DNA of 63,694 nt, the filler included, from Chrysochromulina tobinii (Eukaryota), in NCBI GenBank assembly GCA_001275005.1. It is 8 parts of 8 records of this genome, joined end to end, with 100 filler letters (N's around TTAATTAATTAA, not from the genome) between each part and the next. Parts side by side here need not be neighbours in the genome. Positions count along the whole stretch, not along the records: positions 31,878 to 39,271 come from JWZX01000630.1; positions 39,372 to 41,785 come from JWZX01000631.1; positions 41,886 to 49,797 come from JWZX01000632.1; 5 more parts are not named here. One strand, given 5' to 3'. A program made the translations under genes and the position numbers. This document shows, piece by piece, positions 34,904 through 45,454 of the stretch. Numbering within the stretch: position 1 is the stretch's first letter; the number at the start of each line of letters is the position of its first letter. Under the pieces are notes generated by a model. It did not search any database, was not told where the DNA came from, and saw only the letters and a list, made by a program, of their open reading frames with translations.

Positions 34904-35932
34904 GTCGCTCTACATGGGTTTCTTACAGGACAGTCTAGTTCTAGACCTGGTGGCGACGGAAAGTCGCCGTCGCGGTGTGGCAAGTAGTTTCTGTCGCGAG
35001 ATGACCGTTTTCGGATCGGATACTCGGGTACGCGGTCCGCGGTCCGAGTACGCAGTACCGACGGCGAGATACCCGGTCGTATACTCGCGTGAGGTCCTGC
35101 AAGATCTCCCCGCACCCCGGGGTGTCGACCGGCTTTACGCGACGGTAGGTTTGTGGTGCGTGGGGCCTTGATTCAGATGAGTTAAGATCATACCTTGCGG
35201 CCTTCCCCTCGCCTCACCGCAAGGTCCAAGGATTTCGGTGCGCCGTTTCTCCAGCCGCGCTCTGGCCTTGCGTTTCCATGCCATTCCGCGATGGAACAAT
35301 ACCGAATACGAGATCGACTCATTGCGCGCTAGCCAGCCAGGTCAAGCACACCCAAGGCGAGCTCTCGGCGGATCGGGAGCGGAGAGAGACCCTCTACAAT
35401 AACATCGGTATTTAGAGCCGGTCGTTTTGCAGATTCACCGGATCCAAACACGCTACGGTCGCCACGCAGACACACCCGCGTCGTCACTCGTCAGCTACGT
35501 GCGGGGCAAGTTATCGCTCAGCGCTGCTGCCTGCTGCGTGCCGGTGCGTTGCAGCCAGAGTCGTTTGGGTCCGTGCTGCGTGTGAGCTGCGATTTGCGTG
35601 CACACGACGACACACGTGGCGTTTACCGTTTAGGGGAAGTGTTGTCTGTGGAGTCTGTACTCATAGAGTGTACTCTCCATCGGGCCAACTTGACCGGGCG
35701 GGCGGGCTGGTACGCGCGCAGGCGGAGAGGTGGTGCGCCGCTGTCGTTCCAAGAGAACGCCTTGATGTCGTTGTTGATATTGTTTGGAGTGGAGAGCATG
35801 AGAGACCCTTGACCTTGTGTGAGCGGATGTGTCTGAGAGCTTGCACAAGAAAGTCGAGCATTTTTTTCTCCTGACCCGTCAACACCGACTTGCCTGTGGA
35901 AACTCATGCTCGTTTTCCGAAAAAAATTCAGC

Positions 35933-36120
35933 CCCCTATTGAAAACGCCTTTTAAGGCTTAAGGCATCTTCCAAATTAGGAAATAACTTCACAGAACCCA
36001 AAACAGCGATCCACACATGTTCACAGTGCTCTCACAATCTCAACTCACAACTGGAATCCACTCCGGCCTTTCACTCATCACTGCATCTTGCACCGCTGTT
36101 TTCCCTGTGCGTCTCCCAAA
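35933..36120 (-). pseudogene. Degenerate duplicate of the last codons and 3' UTR of the adjacent LRR gene
   Basis: ccctattgaaaacgccttt...ccaaattaggaaataacttcacagaacccaaaacagcgatccaca recurs at ~36152-36243. 36030-36118 matches the C-terminal GDAGK...KxRSGF codons with indels. Confidence 0.75.
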
Positions 36121-36257
36121 TTATTGCCTGCAAGCAACAGCTTGGTCAGGACCCTATTGAAAACGCCTTTGTAAGGCAGCTGCCAAATTAGGAAATAACT
36201 TCACAGAACCCAAAACAGCGATCCACAAATGTTCACAGTGCTCGCGCAATCTTGAAT

Positions 36258-38807
36258 CTACAGCTCCAACTCAAATCCACTCCGGTCCTTCACTGCATCT
36301 CGCAGTGTTTGTTTCCCTGCATCTCCCATGTTGCTGTTGTACTTGAGGTCGAGCTTGGTCAGGACCGCATTGACCTTCAGCGCCTCCGCGATCGCCTTGG
36401 CACCCTCTGGACCGATGCTGTTCCCGTACAGGTCCAGGGTGGTCACGACCGCGTTGACCTTCAGCGCCTCCGCGATTGCCTTGGCACCCTCATCCCCGAT
36501 GTTGTTGCCCCAGATGACCAGTTTGGTCAGGACCGCGTTGACCTTCAGCGCCTCCGCAATCGCGATGGCACCCCTATTCCGGATGTTGTTGCCTGCGAGG
36601 CCGAGGGCGGTCAGCACCGCGTTGACCTTCAGCGCCTCGGCGATCGCGATGGCACCGTTAACCCCGATCATGTTATTGTACAGGCCCAGGGTGGTCACGA
36701 CCGCGTTGACCTGCAGCGCCTCCGCGATCGCCTTGGCACCATCGTCGCCGATGGAGTTGAGCTGGAGGTCCACCGAGGTCAACACCGCGTTGACCTTCAG
36801 CGCCTCCGCAATCACGATGGCACCCTCATCCCCGATGGAGTTGTTCCCGAGGTAGAGGGTGGTCATCACCGCGTTGACCTTCAGCGCCTCAGCGATTGCC
36901 TTGGCACCCTCCGCACCGATGTTGTTGTTGTCCAGGCGCAGGTCGGTCAAGACCGCGTTGTCCTTCAGCGCCTCAGCTATCGCGATGGCACCCTCCGGAC
37001 CGATGTTGTTGCCCCCGAGCATGAGCTCGGTCAGGACCGCGCTGAACTTAATCAGCTCAGCAAGCACGATGCACTCGGTCAGCCCTAGGCCCTTGCCCTG
37101 CCGGTCGAGCTTTGTCAGCTTGCCCGCGCGCAGCTCCTTGATTGGCACCCCAGAGAGCACCTCGAGCGACAAGCTGCCCAATGCTGCCGCCGCAAGCTGC
37201 TGCGCCGCCTCTCCGACAATGTTGCTGTTGTAGGCGACGGAGAGATTTTTCATCACCGCGTTGACCTTCAATGCCTCCGCGATCGCGATGGCACCCTCTG
37301 GACCGATGTTGTTGTTCTCGAGGTCGAGGGTGGTCACAACCGCGTTGACCTTCAGCGCCTCCGCGATCGCGATGGCACCCTTATCCCCGATGCTGTTGCT
37401 TCCGAGGTCGAGGATGGTCACCACCGCGTTGACCTTCAACGCCTCCGCGATCGCGATGGCACCCTCTGGTCCGATGTTGTTCTGGTTCAGGCCCAGGGTG
37501 GTCACGACCGCCATGAACTTCAGGTCAGACGCGATCAGGATGGCGTCGGCGGGTTGTAGGCTCTGGCCCGGGAAGTTGGCCACCGTCTGGTCGCGCGTCA
37601 TGCCCGAGAGCATGATTCCCTTCTCCGCGCCCATCTTGGCGAGCTTCTTGGCTGACTCAACGTCGAAGCTGTTCTTGAGCAAGTTGCAGCGCCTGAGCAC
37701 CGACGTAGCAGGAATGAGATAGGCGACAAGCATGGCCGCAGGCACGTGGAGCCCCCTATTGGACAAGTTGAGCACCTGGACCCTGTCCTCGCGCAGTCGC
37801 TGCACCGGAATGCCGCAAATGACTCCTGAGCCCGCACAGGCAACGGCTGCGATCGTCAGCCTCAACGGTGGCTCTCCCTCGCCTGAGATGCAGCTGTTGA
37901 GAGCAACCTCATAAGCACCATGTAGCAATGAAGGGCGGCGCGAGTTGCCCATCTCGCATTGCAGATCCGCAGCCCGAACGGCGGCCACGTCCACCACATG
38001 GCCGTAGCCATGGAGGCGCGCAAGCCCAGGCAGCATCCGCCCCCCAACGGCCGCGTCCCCGGGCCGGCCAGCCTCGATGAGCTGCTCCACGTCGAGGTCG
38101 GTGATCTCATCCAGACGTGTGGGTCCTGGCTGTCCGTCGCGGCGGCACAGGCGCGAGCAGAGGACACGTTGCGCCAGCGCCCGCCAAGATCGAGTCACGC
38201 CCTTGAGCTCGGCCAACGTGGCCACGTCCACCAGGCCCAGAGCAGCCTCCATGGCGTCCGCCGAGAACGAGGGCTGCTGCAGCGGCTCAGGCGGTAACGT
38301 GGAGCAGGCCGGCTGCTGCGGCGCCTCAACGTCTTCCGGTACGAATGCCGGCTCGGCGTTTGGTGGCGCGTGCTCCTCCGCACTACCAAAGTCACCAGCC
38401 GCGCCGATGAGCGCGCAGAGTTCGGGAGCGCGCTTGCCGTTGAGTCGGGAGGCGATCGCACGCTGGATGTGCTTGAGCGCGATGGGGGCGTCGAGATAGA
38501 GGGCGTCCTCGATGAGCTGGATGAGCTGGAAGAGCGAATGCTCGTCAGAGCTCGGCCACGTGTAGCCTGGGTCGTTCAGCTTGCACACCATCTGAAGCGT
38601 CGAGGCCATGATCGTGGGCATGGGATAGATGCCATCCTCGGAAGTGGCGAGATCCATCAGATCCTTCAAGGTGCCCATGAGTCGGGCTGCATCGCGCGAC
38701 AACGTGACCTCCTCTCCGTCTCGCGCTCGCACGCGTATTTGCTCCTCGTGTTTGGCCTTCTTCGCCGTGGGCGCCTCTTCCTGCTCCTCGACCGACGGCG
38801 CGCGCAT
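36258..38807 (-). CDS. Skp1-like domain + F-box-like motif + NLRC3/ribonuclease-inhibitor-type LRR array
   Basis: IRVRARDGEEVTLSRDAARLMGTLKDLMD...LIQLIEDALYLD...IASRLNGKRAPEL...DF (Skp1); ADAMEAALGLVDVATLAELKGVTRSWRALA (F-box); 28-aa LxxLxLxxNxIGxEGAxAIAEALKVN repeats. Confidence 0.85.
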   Translation of the reverse strand: MRAPSVEEQEEAPTAKKAKHEEQIRVRARDGEEVTLSRDAARLMGTLKDLMDLATSEDGIYPMPTIMASTLQMVCKLNDPGYTWPSSDEHSLFQLIQLIEDALYLDAPIALKHIQRAIASRLNGKRAPELCALIGAAGDFGSAEEHAPPNAEPAFVPEDVEAPQQPACSTLPPEPLQQPSFSADAMEAALGLVDVATLAELKGVTRSWRALAQRVLCSRLCRRDGQPGPTRLDEITDLDVEQLIEAGRPGDAAVGGRMLPGLARLHGYGHVVDVAAVRAADLQCEMGNSRRPSLLHGAYEVALNSCISGEGEPPLRLTIAAVACAGSGVICGIPVQRLREDRVQVLNLSNRGLHVPAAMLVAYLIPATSVLRRCNLLKNSFDVESAKKLAKMGAEKGIMLSGMTRDQTVANFPGQSLQPADAILIASDLKFMAVVTTLGLNQNNIGPEGAIAIAEALKVNAVVTILDLGSNSIGDKGAIAIAEALKVNAVVTTLDLENNNIGPEGAIAIAEALKVNAVMKNLSVAYNSNIVGEAAQQLAAAALGSLSLEVLSGVPIKELRAGKLTKLDRQGKGLGLTECIVLAELIKFSAVLTELMLGGNNIGPEGAIAIAEALKDNAVLTDLRLDNNNIGAEGAKAIAEALKVNAVMTTLYLGNNSIGDEGAIVIAEALKVNAVLTSVDLQLNSIGDDGAKAIAEALQVNAVVTTLGLYNNMIGVNGAIAIAEALKVNAVLTALGLAGNNIRNRGAIAIAEALKVNAVLTKLVIWGNNIGDEGAKAIAEALKVNAVVTTLDLYGNSIGPEGAKAIAEALKVNAVLTKLDLKYNSNMGDAGKQTLRDAVKDRSGFELEL

Positions 38808-39371
38808 GTAATTTGGTTGCGCGAAAGAAAAGAATTTAATTAAGTGACATCGTTTCGGCCAACCGGGTGGCGCTCCGAATATGTGTAGCAAAAAATTCCC
38901 TGTAGTGAAAAGTGGCCCGCCGCAGGCGAAATTATTATTTGGAGTTGTGGAGCCGAGCGTTGGGGACTTCCTGGGGTGTTGCCTTCCGATCCCTTCCTTT
39001 TCGTATGTGCAGTAAATGGTAAATCATTTTCTCTTTACTTCTTTACTCAGACTTCGCCACCCTCAAGTGCATGACTTGGTTGAGCCTGCCCTGTTGCAAG
39101 TCATGGTTGAATGAACCGCGTATGCTTCACTACGGGCCAAGCGAAGATACCGCAAAATGACGGGCTCAAGAGTAGCACTTACTGAACGCGGCCCGGGCGC
39201 CAAGCGAGTGAGCTCACAAAATCGCATGCTAGGGAGCTTCGGGCAGCCTGGCGCTCAGCAGCTCGAATGCANNNNNNNNNNNNNNNNNNNNNNNNNNNNN
39301 NNNNNNNNNNNNNNNTTAATTAATTAANNNNNNNNNNNNNNNNNNNNNNNNNNNNNNNNNNNNNNNNNNNN

Positions 39372-41555
39372 GAGGCGCGCGTGGCGGTCGGCAAGACTTT
39401 ACATTTGGGCGCTGTCGTCGACTCCACGTTGGCGGCGATTAGGAGGGTCTTCGACGCGGCGTACATCTTCCCGATGGGCGCAGTGGCGAAGCCCCTCGAG
39501 CCGGACAAGTTGCGGCCCACTGACGATCACACGCGTACAGGACTTAACGCCGCGTGCGATATGTCCGGGCCGCCCTCGCTCTCTTACTCGCTCGACACGT
39601 ACGCCGAGATGGCGCGGCGCCTGTTACCGGGCTTTGCGATGCACGTCACGGACGTGGAGGCCGCCTTCCCGATGCTCCCGTTCGCACCGTGGGTTTGGCC
39701 TTTCATGTTCCACAGGTTCTTCGCGAGCGACGACCCGACGTCCCTGCACCTGTTTTGTCACGTGAACGGCGACTTCGGCACGCGGGGCATGCCTGGTGTG
39801 TTCAAGATCTTTTTCGTTGATGTCGTCACCAACATGGCACGTGCGGCGGGGCAGCTCTCGATCCCGGCCTCGATCTATGTCGACGACATCGGGGGCACGG
39901 GTGCGAGGGCCAAGAGGGTCACGATAGAGATGGTGAAGTTCCAGGCATGGTGCGAGAACCTTGGCTGCGCGGCGTTCAAGCGCCCGCAACTGCAGCTCTT
40001 CATCGGCTTCTGGTGGGACTCGTTCGAGGGCACTCGTGCACTGGAGGAGCGCAAGTTGGTCCAGTACCTCGACGTGCTCCTTCTTTTCTCGAAGCGCAAG
40101 TCCCTCACCTTGAACGAGCGGCAGCGCGTCGCGGGCTACATGGAGCGCGCCGTGAAGACCATGCCGCCGGGCGCCAGCTGCTTGCTCGCCAACGTCTTCT
40201 TGCTTATGGTCGGCCTCTCCTTGGCGTGGCAGAAGCGGCGGACTACTCGGAAGGAGCGGGAGGATTACCGTTTCTTCTATGACGTCCTCAACTCCAACCT
40301 GGGCAAGGGCTATTACACGACAGATCGGTTCCAAGAGGGACCGACGGTGTATTCGGACGCGTCAAGATCCTCGCGCTACTCAGGCGGCGGATGGTGCTCA
40401 AGCTGGGGTCCATTCGATTACTGGCGGTACGGCACGGCTGCCGCCAGAAGGCCGATCGACTTCCTCGAGGGCGACACCATGATCTGCAGCGTCGAGTCGC
40501 AAGGGCCGACTTGGAAGGGCAAGATCGTCCGCTACAACATGGACAATCAGGCGTTTCAAAAGTCGGCCGTCAAGGGCAGGTCGAGGGCGGAGCGCCTCAA
40601 CTTGCTGCTCAAGCGCCTCTTCGTGCTGCAGATCTTGCACGACTGCCTCTTGCTCTTCTCGTGGGTGTCGTCGGAGGACAACGAGATGGCCGACCTCCTC
40701 TCGCGCGAGGGTGGCATCGAGCGCTTCCCCGAGGCCGTCGCTCGGCGCGCCTTCGTGCTCGCTCCTGCCTCTATGCAGGCCTTGCCGGGTGCTGGTCGTG
40801 TCCGCAACCTCGACATGTCGGCTCCCTTCAATGCGGCGGATATGGCAATGATCGCCGCGCGGGCGCAAGCCCCGGCCGATCGGCGGTGGCTGTCCCGTAT
40901 CCTCCCTTACGTCGTCTGCATGCAGGCGGCGATTCGGGGCTGGCTGGCTCGCCGCGCCCAAGAACGCGCGCGGATTGAGGCGGAAAATCCGGAGAGATTC
41001 ATATTTGGGGCTTTCATCGGCCGCTGGGCTCCCGCCCAAAGGTACGCCTATGGCCGCCTTGAGTTGGCCTACTTCTTTCCGGAAGCCGAAGGGGAACACC
41101 TCTTCATGAGGGTGCTTGCGCTCGGCCTCGGCCTCTCTTTCTTCGCGGCGTGCTTCGTAACGGGTATGCTGCTTGGGTTGAGTGCGGCGGATCGCTCGCT
41201 CCTCCGAGACGATACGCAGCTCGAGTTCTCGGCTGACGAGTGCGTTCAAGTCAAGCAGGAGCACTCGGCTCGCTCGATTCAGGTGTGGTGGCGATGGCTC
41301 ACTGCCCGCCGGGCGAGGAACGATCCCCCGCTCCCGGAAGGGGCGGTCGGCTGGTGCGCCTGCACCTTCTGCCCGTTACCGGTCTATCCGGGAGAGGGTG
41401 TCTACTGCGATCTTTGCTGGCCAGTCACATGCTGCCGCGTCAGCCCCCATCGCCTCATTCGCGGCTCCCTCATAAAATTGCCGGTCTTCCGCGTCGACCT
41501 CCGCGTCGATAGCCGAGTCCGCCGTCGCACCCTCAAGGGGAGGACCATCTTGTAA
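39372..41555 (+). mobile_element. DIRS-like (tyrosine-recombinase) retrotransposon RT-RNase H ORF, 5'-truncated
   Basis: PMGAVAK...LRPTDD, TDVEAAF, FGTRGMP, YVDD (39876-39887), FIGFWWDS; RNase H YSDAS, LE, DNQ, NEMADLLSR. Confidence 0.88.
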
Positions 41556-41785
41556 GGCGACCATCTGCTTCGAGAGATTGAAGACCGAGGAGAGGTTGAA
41601 GCGCGAATAGCGAGAGGCATTGCCCGGCCCACACGTACGTACCGATGGAGTCCGCCACGAGCGCAGTGTTTTCGAGCATAGAAAGGACGAAGGTGGTCAT
41701 CTTGCCGCCCCGCTCCGGGTCGTCGGTGGCAATGATCTCATCCCAACCATGCGCCGCCGCCAGCGGCTTCCAGTAACGTTCGAAC
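41376..41785 (-). pseudogene. Probable internally deleted tyrosine recombinase remnant, convergent on the RT ORF
   Basis: Minus strand reads FERYWKPLAAAHGW...KMTTFVLSMLENTALVADSIGTYVW (core-binding-like), then in another frame GNASRYSRF (catalytic-Tyr-like end). Confidence 0.45.
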
Positions 41786-41885
41786 NNNNNNNNNNNNNNN
41801 NNNNNNNNNNNNNNNNNNNNNNNNNNNNNTTAATTAATTAANNNNNNNNNNNNNNNNNNNNNNNNNNNNNNNNNNNNNNNNNNNN

Positions 41886-42664
41886 GATGCTGGGTGAGCC
41901 GCCTGTTCGATAAGTTACTCGCTCACAAACAACACGGACGCAACCAAAGGGCGTACGAGGAATTCATGGCGCACATGGAGACGGAGGCAGCGACGATGGC
42001 GGCGTCCTCGGCAGAGAGGGCGACAGAGGAAGCGACTTCACGAGCGGGGACGGCCAGGGAACGAGCGCGGGCAGCGGGGGCAATGGAGGTGAGAGGGGCG
42101 AATCGGAGAAAAAGCCTGGAGGCGGCGGCGAGGATGAGGGCGGCAGTGGCTAAAGCGGCGACGGAGAGGGAGCTCAGGGCAAGGGAGGCCGCGGCGAGGA
42201 GGGACGGGTTGACAGAGACGGCAAGGGGAGCGACGGGGACGGCAACGGCGGAGGTGACGGCGAAGGGGGCGGAGGCGCCGGGGACGAGGGTGGAGACGAC
42301 GACGGCGGCGGCGACGGCGACGAGGGCGACGACATCGGAGGCGGACGCGGCGGAGGCGATGACGACGGCGGCGGAGATAGGGAAAGGCACCGACAACGGG
42401 AGTGCGAACAACGGCGATAGAGGAAGCACGGACACGCATGGCGCCGCTGGGGACGACGACGAACAGGCGCACAATAACGACGGCGACGCCAGGGGGGACG
42501 GAGGCGACGCGGATGAAATAAGGGCGGCGCAGCGCGCGACCGAGGACGGTGGCTCGACAAGGGGCATCAAAAAGCGCGGGCAACGAGGCGGGAAATCGGA
42601 GTACAAAGCCCACAAAGCCGGACAACGCAAGCGGAACGACAAATACGGAGACAAGACGACATGA
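41886..42664 (+). CDS. 5'-truncated low-complexity purine-rich ORF with basic C-terminus; possibly the 3' end of a retroelement ORF
   Basis: 256-aa frame with strong G/A bias unlike neighbouring genes, followed at once by a direct repeat. No domain recognised. Confidence 0.35.
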
Positions 42665-42796
42665 ACTACCGGGGGACTGGTAGCGCTTGCGCAGCCAGGC
42701 TGATCCCAACGTGCTCCTTACTGAGGCGGCCGACGACTCGATACTACCGGGGGACTGGTAGCGCTTGCGCAGCCAGGCTGATCCCAACGTGCTCCA
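42665..42796 (+). repeat. Two identical ~53-bp direct repeats with hairpin potential
   Basis: actaccgggggactggtagcgcttgcgcagccaggctgatcccaacgtgctcc at ~42665 and ~42743. Confidence 0.9.
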
Positions 42797-43249
42797 CTAC
42801 GAGAAATACGCGACGCCAACCGACCCTTAGTTTTAAAAAGAATTGCTCGCAGGTTTTTCCTCCCCACCTCTCAAAACATTTCAAGGCATGGACGGGCCGC
42901 GCCTAGCAATAGGTTCCCAGAGCCGAAACGTAACCGGGTAACCGGGTTCCATAGAGACATCATCAGAATTGATCATTTTGGCGATGGTCAATTTTCGCTC
43001 CCCAGGCCGTCTGACCGAGCTACCGAACACGCGGGCGGCCCCAGGCCCAGCTCGTAGCTCGATGCCAGCAGCGAATAGTGTCGAATCGCGACTCTCAAGT
43101 CGGCCCACCTCGAGATTGAGACGCACGGGCCCGGCGGCCGCCCCGGACTCATTCCGTTCATTTCATGCAGATCAGTGCCTCTTGCTCTCCTGCTCCACCA
43201 GTCCACCTGGCCAGCTGGCCTGTCTTAGGCCTGACGTTTTCATAGCGGT

Positions 43250-45284
43250 TTATCCACGTGGTCCCGAGCAGTTGAACGCCCACCACCACTGTTTGGTTAG
43301 GCGCGGCGTCCAGCATGCGGCGCTTGAGCACTTCTCCATCCACGTGGCGGCGCCGCGCTCGCTCAGCCACCTGATTAGGGTTTGCTATTAGGGAGGCCAT
43401 CAGAGAGGCCATCAGAGAGGCCATCAGAGAGGCCATCAGAGAGGCCATCAGAGAGGCCATCAGAGAGGCCATCAGAGAGGCCATCAGAGAGACGATCCGT
43501 GGTAACCAATCGGATAACCAATCGAGGTACCATACTCAGGAGCAATCAGCGTACGTACCGCGTCAGATTGAGCTTGAAGAATCGGGATGAGCGCGGAGGT
43601 CGGCCCCAGCCGAGGCTCTGGTTGTGGTCATGGCTGAGCATGCGCATGCGCATGTTGCGACGAAACGGAAAGCTGCCAGCGCGACCCATATTAGGCAGGC
43701 TGCCGTTGAGCCGCAGCAGCTGCTGTCGTCGGCTGACGAACCCGGGAATCTCCAAGGGCTTCGGCGTGGCCGGGAGAGAGGCCAAACCGTCACCAGCAGC
43801 ACTGGCACTTCTGCCGTCATCATGGGCACCGCCAACACCGTAACCAACATCGTTGGCGGCTTTCGGGGCGCCATGGTGGGCGCCCGCCACAGAACCGACG
43901 CGTACGAGAGGGGCCGCGCCCGATGCAACGCTCGGGACGGCGCTCGAGGCGAGCCAATTATAGATGAGGGTGGACCACGTGTCGACGGGCCCCGGCATGC
44001 AGTAGTGCAGGCAGTCCTCCTTGACCTTGCCCGCATCCCCCCAGAAGCGTGCCATGGCCGCGTCTGGTCGCATGGCCGACGGCGCCGCGATGTCCAGGTA
44101 ATGGATGCCCGCGCCGCGCGCGACGTACCTGATTAGGGACGTCACCAGAGGTCATCAGAGGTCATCAGAGTTCATCAGAGACATATCAGAGACAATCAAT
44201 CCATCAGGAGAGGCCAGCCAGAGCGCCGTGTCGAGCGCATGGCACGTACGAGGCCGCCACGTTGAGACGGGCGTACGAGAGCCACATGGGGCTGTCGATG
44301 GTGCGCCTGTGCTCGTAGTGGGAGGTGGCGTACTGGGCGAGGCTGATGGGTGCACGGAAGCGTGAGCAGCCCGCGACTGGCGACGAGATCCCGACAAGCA
44401 GTATGGACGCCGCCGCGTCCGCGTGTCCATACGCCTCGCGCGCGGCAATGAGGTGCGTGAGCGTGTGGTTCAGGCTGAAGGGAAGGAAGGCATTGTACTG
44501 CAGCCGCGCGCGTAGGGGCGCTCTCTTGGCGCCGCTCGGACCTCCCTGGTAGTCTAGAGCCATGTCGAGGCTGCCCGTGAAGTGATGGCCAACCCCCAGC
44601 ACGACGATGTCGGCATCTCGGGCGGCGCGCACGGCGAAGTTCTGCAGGCTCAGGACGCCGTCAGAATGCACTTAGCATGCACTCAGGGGAGCACTCAGGG
44701 CATACATGTATACGTCACCCGAAGAGCAGGGACGCAATCAGCATGCACTCAGGGCGCGTCACCTGCATGCTCAGGAAGCCGTCGCATCGCTTGGCGCTCA
44801 TGAGGTCACCCACGTTGCTCGTGTAGAGCACCAGGTCATTGCGCACAAACGCCAGGCGCGTCGCGTCGCCGCAGGCCGAGGCCGTGATCTCGGACACGGT
44901 TGACGCCTTCTTCACATTCTTGCCGAGCTGTGCTCCCAGCAGGAGCGCGAACGACAACCACAGTTGAAAGACCGTCGAATCGCCTACCATCAGAAGTGAC
45001 TTACCGCGAAGCACCTCGCACACGCCTTGGACGCTGAACTGGTCGAGCCGGCACCGATGCGGCTGCCATTCGTAGAGGATACGGTTGGGAGTCACCCTGT
45101 CGCATCGACCGTAGTTTTGGGGCGTTGTGCTCTTGATGGTCGTCCCGAGCTGCTCCCAAAAGTGTGCAAGGATTTTGTAGCGGTGGTGGGTAAACGGGAC
45201 CCAGTCGCCGTCCGTGTAGTCGTGCGTGGGCGTGCCAGGCGACGAGAAGCAGCGTCCGCGCTGTTGGGCCGCGGTTAAAGCCAT
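43250..45284 (-). CDS. Trichome-birefringence-like / PC-esterase (SGNH polysaccharide O-acetyltransferase-like), 3 introns
   Basis: GDWV, YEWQPHRCRL, LRGKSLLMVGDST, DIVVLGVGHH, DCLHYCMPGPVDTW. Introns 44642-44762, 44129-44249 and 43371-43558 keep the frame to TAA at 43250. Confidence 0.87.
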
Positions 45285-45454
45285 CTTTTCATTTTATTAT
45301 CCATGCACATAGCATGCAATCTTTTCGCTTTACTACATGACGGGTGGTGATGCAAAATCACCGAGTCCACGGTGCAGTCCAACGGCGGAATTAGCACGAC
45401 ATTAATAGAACATTTCACAGCAGTTCCGCCTTCCGCGAGCTCCGTCAAACATTA

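Noticed and set aside
36330..37510. DGR-style mutagenesis of the LRR repeats
   Set aside because: No non-coding template repeat, and the variation is not visibly adenine-restricted.
39372..41555. RT as a retron, DGR or group II intron enzyme, or as the proven cause of the intron copies
   Set aside because: RT plus RNase H motifs fit DIRS retrotransposons. There is no template/variable repeat pair and nothing links it to the introns.
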